Shown in pieces: positions 1-14,196 of a stretch of 64,000 nucleotides of DNA. Both the position numbers and the translations under genes were made by a program. Within the stretch, counting starts at the first letter, position 1; each line of letters opens with the position of its first letter. Origin of the DNA: Stegostoma tigrinum (Eukaryota); the NCBI RefSeq assembly GCF_030684315.1, contig NC_081371.1, positions 29,631,440-29,695,439 of the forward strand. Direction: 5' to 3'. Under the pieces are notes generated by a model. It worked only from the letters and a program-made list of their open reading frames with translations, had not been told where the DNA came from and ran no database searches.

Positions 1-84
1 TCAAAGATGCTGCAAAGATACCTGTTAAGGCCCCAGCTATTTCATCTCTCGCTTCCCTCAGTAACCTGGGATAGATCCCATCTT

Positions 85-3000
85 ATATAGTGCATTGGTG
101 AGACTACACTCCAGTGCTGTGTAAAAATGGTCACAATACTTTGGACGGATGTTAGTTTGTTGCAAACAGTTCAGTGAACGTTTATTAGACTGATGCCTGA
201 AATCAGTAGATTGTTCTGAGGAAAGGCCAGAAGGGCTTAGGCTTGTATCCTCTGGAGTTATAAAGATTCAGAGGTGCCTTAATTGATACATCCTGAGGGG
301 ACTTGACCACGTGATATTGAAAGATTGTTTCCTCTTGTGGAAGAATCTAGAACTAGGGGGTCACAGTTTAAAGATAAGGGGTCACCCATTAAAAATTGAG
401 GTCAGGAAACTATTTTTTTCCCTCAGAGGATTGAACACAGAACATAGAACATAGAACAGCACAGCACAGAACAGGCCCTTCAGCCCAGAATGTTGTGCCG
501 ACCATTGATCCTCACGTATGCGCCCTCAAATTTCTGTGACCATACGCATGACCAGCAGTCTCTTAAATGACCCCAATGACCTTCCTTCCACAACTGCTGC
601 TGGCAACGCATTCCATGCTCTCACAACTCTCTGCGTAAAGAACCCGCCTCTGACATCCCCTCTATACTTTCCTCCAACCAGCTTAAAACTATGACCCCTC
701 GTGCTAGCCACTTCTGCCCTGGGAAACAGTCTCTGGCTATCAACTCTATCTATGCCTCTCATTATCTTGCATACCTCAATTAGGTCCCCTCTCCTCCTCC
801 TTTTCTCCAATGAAAAGAGACCGAGCTCAGTCAACCTCTCTTCATAAGATAAGCCCTCCAGTCCAGGCAGCATCCTGGTAAACCTCCTCTGAACCCTCTC
901 CAAAGCATCCACATCTTTCCTATAATAGGGTGACCAGAACTGGACGCAGTATTCCAAGTGCGGTCTAACCAAAGTTTTATAGAGCTGCAACAAGATCTCA
1001 CGACTCTTAAACTCAATCCCCCTGTTAATGAAAGCCAAAACTCCATATGCTTTCTTAACAACCCTGTTCACTTGGGTGGCCATTTTAAGGGATCTATGTA
1101 TCTGCACACCAAGATCCCTCTGTTCCTCCACACTGCCAAGAATCCTATCCTTAATCCTGTACTCAGCTTTCAAATTCGACCTTCCAAAATGCATCACCTC
1201 GCATTTATCCAGGTTGAACTCCATCTGCCACCTCTCAGCCCATCTCTGCATCCTGTCAATGTCCCACTGCAGCCTACAACAGCCCTCTATACTGTCAACG
1301 ACACCTCCAACCTTTGTGTCATCTGCAAACTTGCTGACCCAGCCTTCAATCCCCTCATCCAAGTCATTAATAAAAATTACAAACAGTAGAGGCCCAAGGA
1401 CAGAGCCCTGTGGAACCCCACTCACCACTGACTTCCAGGCAGAATATTTTCCTTCTACTACCACTCGCCGTCTTCTGTTGGCCAGCCAATTCTGTATCCA
1501 AGCAGCTAAGTTCCCCTGTATCCCATTCCTCCTGACCTTCTGAATGAGCCTACCATGGGGAACCTTAAAAAAATGCCTTACAGAGGTCCATATACACCAC
1601 ATCCACAGCTCGACCCTCATCAACTTTTCTAGTCACATCCTCAAAAAACTCGATAAGGTTTGTGAGGCATGACCTACCCCTCATGAAGCCGTGTTGACTG
1701 TATTTGATCAAGCCATGCTCTTCCAGATGGTCATAAATCCTATCCCTCAGAATCCTTTCTAACACCTTGCAGACGACAGACGTGAGACTTACTGGTCTGT
1801 AATTGCCGGGGATTTCCCCATTTCCTTTCTTGAAGAGAGGAATTACATTTGCCTCTCTCCAGTCCTCAGGTATGACTCCAGTGGAGAGCGAGGATGCAAA
1901 GATCTTCGCAAGTGGCAAAGCAATTTCATTTCTCGCTTCCCAAAGCAGCCGAGGACAAATCTGGTCCGGACCTGGCGACTTGTCAATCTTAATGTTTGAC
2001 AAAATTTTCAGCACATCAGCTTCCTCTATCTCTATCCATTCCAGCATGCACACCTGCTCTTCAAAGGTTTCATTCACTACAAAGTTCGTTTCTTTCGTAA
2101 AGACAGAAGCAAAAAACTCATTTAGGGCTTCCCCTACCTCCTCAGACTCCACACACAAGTTCCCTATGCTATCCCTGATCAGCCCTACTCTTTCTTTGAC
2201 CATTCTCTTATTCCTCACATAAGTGTAAAATGCCTTTGTGTTTTCCCTGATTCCTTCTGCCAAGCCTTTCTCGTGCCCCCTCCTGGCTCTTCTCAGACCA
2301 TTTTTGAGCTCCTTCCTTGCCTGCGAGTAATCCTCTCCAGCTGAACTTGACCCTAGCTTCCTCCACCTTATGTAAGCTACCTTCTTCCTTTTCACAAGAA
2401 GCTCCACCGCTCTCGTCATACAAGGTTCCTTTATCTTGCCCCTTCTTGCCTGTCTCAGAGGGACATATTTACTCATCACTCGCAACAACTGTTCCTTAAA
2501 CAGTCTCCACATGTCTATAGTTCCCTTACCATGGAACAATTGCTCCCAGTCCATGCTTCCTAACTCGTGTCTAATCGCGTCATAGTTTCCTCTTCCCCAA
2601 TTAAATATCCTCCCATTTTGCCTAATCCTCTCCTTCTCCATAGCTATATAGAATGTGAGGCAGTTATGGTCACTATCACCAAAATGCTCTCCCACCACAA
2701 GATCTGATACCTGCCCCGGCTCGTTTCTGAGCACCAAGTCTAGAATGTCCTCTCCCCTCGTCGGCCTGTCAACGTACTGCGTTAGGAAACCCTCCTGAGC
2801 ACACCTTACAAAAACAGCTCCATTCAAATCTTCTGCTTGAAGCAGGTTCCAATCAATATTAGGAAAGTTAAAGTCACCCATTACAACAACCCTACTGCGT
2901 CCACACTTTTCCAAAATCTGCCGACCTATGCTTTCTTCAATCTCCCTGCTGCTATTGGGGGGCCTGTAGTAAACCCCTAACGCCGTGACTGCTCCCTTGC

Positions 3001-3450
3001 TGTTCCTAATTTCCACCCATACTGACTCAGTAGGCAGATCTTCCTCGACAATGGAAGCTTCTGTAGCTGTGATACCCTCTCTGATTAGTAGTGCTACCCC
3101 CCTCCTCTTTTTCACCCCTCCCTATTCCTTTTAAATGTTCTAAACCCTGGAACATCCAGCAACCATTCCTGCCCGAGAAACCCATGTCTCTGTTATGGCC
3201 ACAACATCATAGCACCAGGTGAGTGTCTTCAGTGTCTTTGGAATTCCACTTTCAAAAAGGCAATGGATACAGAACCTTTAAATATTTTTAACGCACAGGT
3301 GGATACGTTCTTCATTACCAAGGGGATGAAATATTATCAGGGATATGCAGGAATATAGAATTTAGGTCAAAATCAGATCAGCTATGAACTTTCTGAATGG
3401 CAACATGAAGGGCTGAGTGGCCTATTCTTGTTCTTTCTTCACACGTTCAC
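85..3450 (+). mobile_element. Older CR1 3' fragment (85-434 and 3221-3450) split by the younger CR1
   Basis: Decayed CR1 3'-end sequence continues across the insertion (...ctcagaggattga | gtgtctt...tggaattcc...gggctgagtggcctattcttg). Confidence 0.75.
435..3220 (-). mobile_element. Young 5'-truncated CR1 LINE (APE endonuclease + RT ORF2, one frameshift at ~1567-1573)
   Basis: ORFs 1565-3115 (YYRPPN, MGDFN, SDH, NYRPVSLTS) and 526-1623 (GVPQGSVLGP, KFADDTK). Short (ATAGAAC)n tail at ~437-460. Confidence 0.95.
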
Positions 3451-3950
3451 ATATTAGATGTCGGGGGTTCTATTTGAAACACCATTCTACAGGCTAATGA
3501 TCATTAATAGAGACTGACTATCCAACAGAAAGATGTTCAATATTTTGAGCAGGGTTTTTGAGTGTTTACTTGCATGGTCTACAATGGACTTAGGGGCTTC
3601 AGGTGCACTTGACAGATTAGCCTTGATATCAATAATTGGAGCAGGACTGGCAGCAGCAATATTATTTGGAATGGATTTGAGATAAACATTCCCTGCCCCA
3701 CTTCCTGGGCTTAGAAAAGGTTACCAAAGTTATCAAAGAGACAAATTTCCCATAGATACCAGTCTATCTAATCAAACAAATTGAAAGGAGTCAAAGTTAT
3801 AATTTGGCAGTTTACATACTCATTCTTATGCTGACACTCTTTACGCCACATATTTCATCAAGTTAGAATCTATAAAGAAAACCTATTCAATAACAGCTTC
3901 TGCAGAGTTCAGGACACAACAACTATTTCAGATTTTGCCAGATTAGATAC

Positions 3951-4052
3951 CTGGGTGGCAATACAGTAGGGGATCCTTTGAAAGCACTTTTGAATAAAAG
4001 ATCTTGAAGAGAATGTTCTTCTTGCACCTTTTTACGAATTGTTTGAAGTGTT
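3951..4052 (-). CDS. ERGIC2: ERGIC2 coding exon (gene continues beyond position 1)
   Basis: ctttag|...|gtatct, 102 nt, reading TLQTIRKKVQEEHSLQDLLFKSAFKGSPTVLPP(R). Confidence 0.96.
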
Positions 4053-4536
4053 CTAAAGAAAAAAAAGGGAAAACAATGTACTCAGAAATCATTTCCATAC
4101 CTACTGGTGACAACCCACATTTTAAATTTTAAATAAGACATTGACAAAGAACCAACTAAATTCATCTGTTACTAGTTTCATTGTTCAGTAATTAAACTAA
4201 TTAAATTAGATTCTAGTTCCCAAAATAGGGTGGAATACTCTATAATAAAGCTCACTGATATAAATGGCATCAGTTAGTAATTAACATAATAATCAGACTC
4301 TTCCCACTTGGTGAATTGTCAATCTGATGAAGTCATCATGGTGTACTGAAAACATTGTATGCATGAGTAATCAGGTTTGACAAGATAACTTATGCTAAAT
4401 TCTCCAGTGAATGTTACAGTCTACCCATTTTTCTGAAATGAACTGTCAATCAGAATTGTTAATCTGATGAAAGTGCTTCCAATAACAGAGAAAACAAAAT
4501 GACAAAGCAATGGATGTTGTCTCATAACTACACAAG

Positions 4537-5137
4537 ATTGACAGGGCAGTGAAAGTGGTGTTGGTATGCTGGCCTTTGTAGGTTAGTGTATTGAGTAGAG
4601 GAGTTGGGAGATCACGTTGCAGCTATACAGGACATTGGTTTGGCCACTTTTGGAATACTGCATGAAATTCTGGTTTCCCTGCTTTAGAAAGGATATTGTG
4701 AAACTTGAAAGGGTTCAGAAAAGATTTACAAGGATGTTGCCAGGATTGGACCGTTTGAGCTATAGGGAGAGGCTGAATAGACTGGGGCTATTTTCCCCAG
4801 CATCATTGTAGGCTGAGGGGTTATTTCATAGAGGTTTATAACATCATGACGGACATAGATAGGGTGAATAGCCAGGGTCTTTTCCCTGGGGTCAGAGAGT
4901 CCAAAACTAGAGGGAATAGGTTTAAGGCAAGAGGGGCAGGATTTAAAAGGGACCTGAGGGGCAATCTTTTTATGCAGAGGGTAATGCATGCATGGAATGA
5001 GATGCAAGAGGAAGTAGTGGGGGCTGGTACAATTACAAGATTTAAAATGGAATCAGGATGGGCCAAATGCAAATAGGACCAGATTAATTTAGGATATCTG
5101 GTCAGATGGACGAGTTGTTTTCATGCTGTGCAGCTCT
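4537..5137 (+). mobile_element. CR1 LINE 3' fragment
   Basis: LQLYRTLVWPLLEYC...ERVQKRFTRMLPGL and RGNRFK...RDLRGNLF remnants. Confidence 0.9.
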
Positions 5138-7399
5138 GACCTAGTTATCAACAACTACTGCAAGTCTTTTCAAAGAGGTTTGACTTCTTACAAGATGGAA
5201 CAAAAACTTTTGGTATGGTTTTAAGTGAGAATCATACCCCATCAACTTACGGCAAGGCAAAAGCAGGCAGCTGTGATTAAGTTTGATATAAACTTGAGGG
5301 TATATTCTGGACTGGGATTGGAGGGGTGTTGGGTGCAGTAGTAAAAGGGAGCTTAGCACATATTCCAATGTTTTCTTTGTGGCAAATAAAATTGTAATGA
5401 CCATCTTAACAGCAAGCATATAGCCATGTGATGCGCACAGAAATAAATGAGCGTAAAAATGGATTTTCATTTTAAAATTATATTGGAAATTTCCAGACAT
5501 TTTACTCAAAAATTGCAGAGATCTAAAATCAAGGTTATGACGTGCAGAAGAAATCTGGTTCACACTTTATACATTTTAAGTTCTAAGAAGTTTTAGGAAT
5601 TAACTATAGAAACTTGAAGTCATCTGATTAAGAGATTAATGAGAAACACTGAAGTAAATAAAATTCCAAACAAGCCAGGCATTCGTTATAGTAGAAAGAT
5701 GACATGTTTGTCCTGCAAGCTCTCAGTTAATAATGGAAAAATAGTAGCAAGTGATCAATTATATTCAGTTATTATTCCTTTGGGCAACAGAATCAAAGAG
5801 AAGTGTTGAAGGGAAAATAATTAGTTTAAATTTCTGCTTGAATCATCTGAAAACATGCCATATTGCCACAGAGATATTGATTCAAAGTCGACCCTTTGTT
5901 GGAATGCTCTTTAGTTCAAGTTATCTTTGTACGTTTGTTTGCTGAAGAAACCAGCTCAGTTTGAGAAGAACCAGACACAGTTGCAGATTTAGCTAAGTGT
6001 GGGCTGTAACTCACTGAGGAATGCCAACACAAAATGATTGTTATTAGTTAGGCCTGCATTTCAAGCAAAGAAAAAACTAACATCACGATTCAGCATCTGA
6101 AATGCCGGTGGAAATTTGTCTCAATTTGAGAGAAAAGCAGCTGGAAAATCTTTTTTCTAGCTTGTAGCTAGTGGAAGTTATCTACAATGGCTCTCACAGA
6201 GTCTTGTTGAAGAAAGCAGAGTTAGTTTGGGAAGCTGTGGGAAGACTGTGGTGTATCTGCCAACAATAAGGTCAATGAGTTGAAGAATCCAGTCTATAAG
6301 TAGAATTTGGAATGTTGTATCGCCAAAAGGCTAATTGAATAAACAGAGGAGAAATCGAAGTGACTTCAGACATACCTTTGGGTCGGTTACAGGAAAGATG
6401 AATGAACTTTCACGTTTCATAAGACAAGTGAATTATTTACTGGGGTGTGGGAAGTCAACTATAAGTAATTTGTGTTAAAATAATTGTTGCATAAAACACA
6501 ATGAATAGATATTGGAAGTCTGTTAGAATGCAGATGTTATCTTAAAAAATGAAACCGCATAATAGCTGAATGATTGAATAGGAAAATCTGTATTTTGAAA
6601 TATTTTTAGCTAGTCAAATAAAGTTATTTGAATAGATTCACTTCTTTCGAAAGCCAAGACCCAGAGAGGGACAAACAGGACGGAGCTTGTAGCACAAGTT
6701 GTTATAAAACATAGTGTCAAGGTAGTTGTATTTGCATTGTTTGATTTCTTGCTTTACAAAATAAAATTTGCTTCTGATTAAAAATAACATGGAACCTTGT
6801 GGTACATTTTGTTGGTTAATGTCACCTTGGGGCGCTCAGACTTCAAATTTTAACAGTTCCCCACAAGATCATTAAAAAGTGTGCAACTGGAGCAGCAACA
6901 ATGGAACAAGATCTCTCAATCCTTTATTGAAATCACTAGCTGTGTAGAAAATAGATTTTAAGATATCTACGCACTGGGAAAGCAAAACCCATGCATGCCT
7001 CATGATCATTTGTGCACTGGATGGTCACTACTAAATGGCCAATGAATTCCAGGGTCCTCCATGTGCAAGAACAAAGCCCATACCATCAGAGCTCAGCCAT
7101 ATGACTACTTCCAGCTCCAGACAAACTGTAAAAACTTGGAACTGCCAAATCGGGCTCTTGAAAGGTTAAGACGACAGGTCACATCACCTCCAGTTGGGGA
7201 GTCGTGGAAAATTTAGTCTTTTCAGTAGGGGGCTAGAGGATCAGGCATCAGATCCAGGAAGCAGTTTGCTATTCCAGAAGGAAGCAACACATGACAAGCA
7301 GGAAATTACATTTCTCACTCATATTTTAAAGATTGTTTTCTTGGTAAGTGTACAAAACCAATGAGTTTTCAAAACATAAATCCTGTGCACATTGCTGAA

Positions 7400-8770
7400 G
7401 AGACAAGGTGAAGCCATCAAAATTTAAAACTGAAATGGATGATCCTAAAATGGTCGAAGTTCTCATAATAACGTTATACGCTGTAAAGATAAATGCATCC
7501 ATGTGTTATGTGCAAAACATTAATGATCATGTAGCAAAGTACACAGAAGTCACTGAGAGCCGGAGCAGCAAGAATTCTGCCTTCAAATGTATACAGTGTA
7601 TTGGCTTCATCATACAGATGTCCCTGGATGAACTGTGCAAATTGAGTTTTCATATACTGATAGTAAACTTGTACAGGCAGTTTAGTGCCAACTATGTTCA
7701 TTTTGTACGTCAAACTTTGACCTGGTTCTGAACTTGCTTACAGGACTGCCTTTGCAGGAATCTTGAAGCTAACCACATGCAACAGTGCCTCCATTGTGAC
7801 AGCAACCAAGCAATGTCATGCTGACAATGACTTTGAATTACCGAAGATGGTGACATGGACATCAGATGGAGCTTGGGTGTGCTGGGAAAGAAAAATGGAG
7901 TAGCACAACCTTGTGACATGAAATCAAACATTGTTGGAACAGCATTGTGTTGCTCAAAGATATCTGGGAATCGATGATGAATGGATGCAGATGTCAATTG
8001 TGCAAGATATTAAAACGCCTCTGAGGATAGCATGTACAACGTCGAACAAATCAACTGTTAAAAAGGTTTTTCAAAGCTAGAGTCTAATACAGTGGCATTT
8101 GAGCTTCTCAATGAAGTGAGGTGCCTGTCAAGATACTTCAAGTACTGCACACAGCTTGTGAAAAGCGTAACAATCCAGTAAACAAATACTGCCTGAAAAT
8201 GCACGCAGACCTACAATATCGCCTTGCATTGACAGGGCGCATGATATTCTTGAACTGCATCACTGTGCAAATTCTTCCAAAGAAGATATTTGACAATAAT
8301 TAAAGCAATGCAATTTGCAAAGGCCAAGATCAATAAACTAAAGTCTCAGCATTTAGGTGAGCATGTTTATTGAAATTACAAAGTTAAGCATGTTCTCTTG
8401 CTCTCAATAGTAACAGTGCTGCAATTCTTCAATTTATTCAACTGCTATGTGACCATCTAGAAAGGTGATTTCCAGAGAAGAAATTATGAGTGTGGCAAGC
8501 ATTTGATCAGGATGTAGTTGCCAAGCCAATGGATTAAAAATTTGGAAAAGGCAGCATTATGCGACTGATATCAAAATATTCCATTTTTGTATCAAACTAT
8601 AACGAAAGTTTGGCCATAAAGATAAATTAGGAATATTCAAATGTATGGTTGTGGGGAAAAAGTCAAGTGATTTCAAGTCTGATTCCATTGAAGCATTGTG
8701 ATTTTGTGGACCATGCTCCAAAAGACGGCCTGTTTCAAGAAATGTCCAATCTTCTGGACATGTGTACAAC
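7400..8770 (+). mobile_element. Decayed hAT-superfamily transposase (ZNF862-like)
   Basis: Frameshifted remnants SLDE (~7621), WTSDGA..LGKKNGVAQ (~7856-7910), HCVAQR (CxxH-like, ~7943), VRCLSR (~8116). Confidence 0.6.
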
Positions 8771-8834
8771 ATTTCAGTGCTGTCTGAGAATCTGGATTTA
8801 GCCTCATGAACTTGACTAAGTGTAAATCCAAAAA

Positions 8835-9540
8835 CAGATCATAGGGTCAACACAGCATGGAAACAGACCCTTCAGTCCAACTTGTCTGTACCAACCAGAC
8901 ATCCCAATCTGCACTAGTCCCATTTGCCATCATTTGGCCCACATTCCCCTCAACCCTTTCCATTCATATACCCATCTAGATGCCTATTAATAGATATAAT
9001 TATACCAATCTCCACCACTTCCTCTGGCAGCTCGTTCCATACACACAGCACCTTCTACGTGAAAAAGTTACTCTTCAGATCCCTTTTAAATCTTTTCCCT
9101 TTTCACCTTAAACCTACGCACTCTAGTTTTGGACTCACCCACTCTAGGAAAAGGACTAAGTTATTCAACCTGTCCAATACTCCTCACGATTTTATAAACC
9201 TCTATAAGGTCACCCCTCTGCCTCCAATGTTCCAGGGAGAAAAGACCCAGCCTATTCAGCCTCTCCCTTTAACTCGAACCCTCCAATTCCAGCAACATCG
9301 TGGTAAATCCTTGCTGCACCCTCTTATTTAACATCCTTCCTATAGAAGGGCAATGGGAATTGTACACAGTATTCTATTCCAGAAGTGGCCTCACCAATGT
9401 CCTGTTCAGCTGCAACTGGACATCTCTACTCCGACATTCAATGTTCTGACCAATGAAGGCGAACGTGTCAAATGTCTTCTTCACTACCGTCGACCTGGAA
9501 CTCCACTTTCAAGGAACAATGCACCTGCACCCATAGGTCA
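8835..9540 (-). mobile_element. CR1 LINE 3' fragment
   Basis: Reverse complement of the CR1 RT C-terminus and 3' UTR seen in the other copies. Confidence 0.85.
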
Positions 9541-10448
9541 ATTGGACAACCTGATGCAAATAAGTTGTATATTTCACCTGAACAAAAGATCAACCTGAAT
9601 GCGGCGTCCAAACATTGGCAGTGAACAAAGCATAGGAGCAAAAAGATGCCACAGCAGTGAATAAATTACTAATGTTCTCTTTTGGTCATGTAACATATGT
9701 GGTGTATATAGTGTCACTACTAAACGGGACAGCAGACACCTGAGTTGAAGAAATAATTTTGTTTATTTTAGCAGATAAAATACCTGCAGCTGTAAAATAA
9801 TATAAATGCACACCATTAATAGCAAACACTGTGAAAAGAATCACTGTATGCAGGTAGAATGTCTCTAACTATAACATAATACAAATGCGCACTTTTAGTA
9901 GTTGGAAACAAACTGCAAAAAAATTGCAATATTTCTGCTCAAGGGATATAATATGCCACTCGGACTTCTCTGGGTTCTTAACAAGCCCAAGGAAAATTAG
10001 AGGGAGTACTAATAGGGACGGGATTAAACATGGTGACATAATCCACTGACATTCATGAACCAGATATTGGTACTTGTAGAACAATACTTGAGCATTCCTC
10101 TAATTATTTTGATCTGAATAAAAAGAAAATGGCACATTGATTTTCACAGTAAAGTTTTTCTTACACCAGCTTAAATTTAGCCTTTATTAAAAGTGCAGAG
10201 ATTTGAAATATAAGGCTGTGGCTTGCTCATTATTGACCCCCTACTGTGTACTGATTTGGAGCTATTTAAATTGTCATAAGAATGATTGCGAAACTGTCAA
10301 AGATTCTGAACCATTTGCTAGCATTACAATTATGAAAGAAATTGCTCTAATTGTACGTATATCTCTTATATTGTTAACGCAGCTAGGAATATTACTTTCA
10401 AGTACAACAATGTCAGATAAGGAATTCTTTAGAATCTGTATATCTTAC

Positions 10449-10489
10449 CTTTGCCACACTCTTTGACGTGAAGATAATTCAAAAACAGT
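10449..10489 (-). CDS. ERGIC2: ERGIC2 coding exon
   Basis: ttgtag|...|gtaaga, 41 nt, reading TVFELSSRQRVWQ(R). Confidence 0.93.
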
Positions 10490-11064
10490 CTACAATATTT
10501 TTTAAAAGAAAAACATAAAGCTGTCAATTATTTAGGTCTTCATAAAAGATTAGAAGTCTGAAATTCATAGACAAAGAATTTTTCGAAAGGTATTTCTTAA
10601 AGATTGCACAAAATAATTCCAATAATCGAGCCAGGGTGAAAATAAAATTGATGCCACACGGAGTGAAAGCTCCTGTAACTTGGGTATACATAACAACAGA
10701 CAGGTTATAAATTGTAGTGTATATTGCCTGTCAAACAACCTGACTGCAGTTTTGCCAAAAGCTTAGGTGAAAATCAAATGTTCAAATTTTCAACTGAGGA
10801 ACGAGTGTGCATCAGTGTTTCAGGCTGCTTCCAAACAGCTTACACGGGTTCATCGATACTAAGCTATTCTTGCACACCTAGGATACTTAAGATATTGTGT
10901 AACATGGGTACACATATGAATGAAAAAAAAATACACTGAACTACATAGATATTATTACAACTGCATCCAAGAGAAAATCTAAGGCAAGAGCCTTAAAAGC
11001 AATGTGACCAAAACACATTCATCTCTCTGCTATCTGAAGAGCAACTTTAAATAACTATACATAC

Positions 11065-11135
11065 TGGTTCATATTTTAGCCCTTCTGAAGCTGCCACCAT
11101 TGTTTCAGCTAAGTCCAGGACATCTGCGCCAATAT
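11065..11135 (-). CDS. ERGIC2: ERGIC2 coding exon
   Basis: aaacag|...|gtatgt, 71 nt, reading (Y)IGADVLDLAETMVAASEGLKYEP. Confidence 0.96.
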
Positions 11136-13475
11136 CTGTTTAAAGACAAAAGCATTACTTCAATTATGGTTGACAAAATGTCATGTTCAATCAAAAATAC
11201 AACAAGCTTAATGAGACAGCTAAATCAGGATGTTTCAATGCATCTGATGTCCTGAATACTGCAGCTTTGTCTGTACATTGTTAAAAGGCTGTAATGATCA
11301 CTTTGGATAACTTAAAGTTTAGAACTAGGAGTTGATTTTTACATTTTCGTTAAGGACCTCAATATCAGAGTCAAATATTGTTCATGACCCCAGTGTTGGG
11401 CGGAAATGCTGACATAGATTTTGCCCATGCAGAGGCCAATTAGCGGCATGCTAACTGCCCAATTATAAATGATGGGTGGACTCGAGAAACTGGATGGCCC
11501 CATGGAACAAGCTGCAACCTGCCATTACAGGTGTCAGGGAGTGGGGGGGGGATGGGGTATTTCCATCTTGAGGCACCATTTCACAGCATTTACAAGTTAT
11601 GAAAAATAGACACACACTCCATAAAGGAGGCCTGACAATCAAAGCTCTGGCTAGGAAATGGGAAAGCAGTGAAGGAAGAGGGAGGGTAGCTTTCTGGATC
11701 ACTAATTTCCTGCAGTCTGCCACTGGAAGGCAACTCCAGTCAGCTATTCTTGCTGCAGTGTCTTGGAAAATTCCAGTTAGCCTCTGAACAATGGGCTTAA
11801 TTGGCCTGTTGACCTGTTAAATTACCACAGGGTGGACTGCCGATGCAGACTTTCCTAAAACAGCTTGACTACAGAAATGACACCAGCAAACCAGCCTCCA
11901 GTCGAACACTGATGTACATTAGCAAGAGCAAGGGCCTTATTTCTGAGTTCTGGGGAAAATCAATGTAAGTATTCCTCCACTCTGAAAAAAAAAGCCATTT
12001 CCCAAAATTCTTTCCTAACCCTGAATCAATTTTGTTTCAATTTTCCCACAAGCCCAATATATCGTCCTTCATTTCAGGCCTTTTAGAAGCCTATACATAC
12101 AACATCAACTGTACTGCCCCCATTGCATCCCCTTTGTTTAAGTTTCTGCATGAAGTAATTAGTTAGTGAAGTATTATTTGCCTTCAACAAACTTGCGTCG
12201 GATTTTCCTTATTAGTTTACCCAAGTTGAAAATTTTGTCTATTTTCTTTAGTGCGTGTATGGAATGAGCTGCTAGAGGAAGTGGAGGAGGCTGGAACACT
12301 TTTCCATCTGCCCCATAATACTTGACTCCCATCTCAATCAAGAAACATTCTAGTCTGTCTTCAATATATTCAATGATCTCGCCTTCTCTGCTGTTTGAGG
12401 TAGTGAATTTCACAGACTGACAACACTTAAAGATAAAGTCATCTTCACCTTAAAGGAGAAAGCTCTTACTGTAAACAGTGTCCTCTATTTCTAGCCTTGC
12501 CCAGAAGTGAACACCTGCTACCAGGCATAATCTTGTAAGATCCTGAGGGGACATGACATGTTTCAAAGCTTTTCCAAAGTTCAATTGACATTGATACAAA
12601 CTGTTTAATATTTCTTCATAATGTTTCATTCCAGAAATCAATCGAGTGTCTATCACTCCCCCTCCTCCCCATTTCTACTAATACTTCTACAGAAAGTCTT
12701 TGGAGTCCCTTTTAACATTGAATGGAAAAGTATTAGATGAGGGTCCAATATGAGGGGTGCTTTATTCTAGATAGTGTCAAGATTCTTGAATGTTGTTGCA
12801 GTTGTACTCATCCAGGCCCTTGTCAACCTCTGTGCTTCCTCCAAACTGTGTTCAATGTGGTGAGGACTGATTCATCAGCTTAATGAGAGGCTGTAGGTTG
12901 TAATTTAATAGGAGGTTTCCTTGCCCATGTGTGACCCGATGCCATGAGAATTCATGAAATCCAGCGTCAATATTAAAGACTGCCAGGGCAACTCCAGTCT
13001 CAGTGGGCTTAACAGACTCGGGAATGGTAACAATGGTATCTGCAAGAAATGTATCTAGGAGAACAACAGTGTCACTCTGTTGCTTGATTATCAGTGGGAC
13101 AATACACCAAATTTTGGCACAAGTACTAGTTGGAAGTGCGGAAGACTTTGCAGAGTCAACAGAGCTGTATGCTACTGTAAATGCCAAGTGGCCTGTCCAG
13201 TTTCATTCCTTTTATCAGACTTTCTAGCAGTTAAATACAACTGGTTGGTTTGTTAGGCTACTTCAGAGGGCACTTAAAAGACAACCATATTGCAGTAGAT
13301 GTCAAATCATTTGCAGGCTAGATGAGGATGGTTAATCTTCCTTCCTTAAAACAAACTAGTGCATCAGGATTTTTAATTAAATGACAATCAACATTTTCAT
13401 GGACATCCTTAAACCAGCTTTTTCTTTCAATTCCAGTTTGTTTCATCAATGTCATTCAAATTCCACCATCTCTCA

Positions 13476-13575
13476 TGCTGAGGAAAGGTCACCCGAATTG
13501 AAACATTAATTCTGATTTCTCTTCACAGATGCTGCCAGAACTGCTGAGCTTTTCCAGCAACTTCTGTTTTTGTTA
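13476..13575 (+). mobile_element. PLE terminal (pLTR) fragment with decayed hammerhead motif
   Basis: CTGAGGAAAGGTC...TTGAAACATT followed by the GATGCTGCCAGA..CTGCTGAGCTTTTCCAGCA tail shared with 40809-42769. Confidence 0.7.
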
Positions 13576-14149
13576 GCAGTAAAAATAACACTGCACCATT
13601 ACCTCTTCCTATTCTCTTTTACTTCAAACCATCCTGGATGCTCTGGCTTTAAGGCCCCTACTTTCCTACATTAAGATTGCACACAAGTTGTTTTTTCTTT
13701 AAAGATCAACCAATTCTCTTAAAATTCTGCATCTCAGCTTTTCACTGAAAATCACCAGATCTGTCAATGTGCTGAAATTAGTCCTCCCTACAATTAAATA
13801 CTGTTATTCTTGGCTGCCTCTTGCTTTACTGCATTACTAATCTAAATCCTAGGATTAAGATCACTATTTTGGAGGTGCTCCTCCAATTGATCCAAGGCAG
13901 GTGGAGTTGACGAATGGAAAAGAGGTGGCAGTTTGTTAAACTACTTGTCTTATCATTCTTCCTTAGATCAGTGTGTACTATCTGTAAGATACACTGCAAA
14001 ACCTGCCATGAGTTCTTCAACAGTAACATCAAAACACATTTTACTACCGAGAAGGAAACTTGCACCAGGCACCTGGGAACAACATAGTATAATAACAACG
14101 AAACCAAGCGATGCAAGTCATAGAAATATTGACAATGATGAGTACTTAC

Positions 14150-14196
14150 AATGACATTTCATTGAAACTGTAATATCTAAATTGATTCGCAGTTTG
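14150..14196 (-). CDS. ERGIC2: ERGIC2 coding exon
   Basis: ttgcag|...|gtaagt, 47 nt, reading KLRINLDITVSMKCH. Confidence 0.95.

Noticed and set aside
1565-1575. T7 run at the junction of the two CR1 ORFs as a programmed frameshift site
   Set aside because: It would need a +1 shift inside the conserved KAFDK motif of a normally continuous ORF2. Mutation or homopolymer error is simpler.
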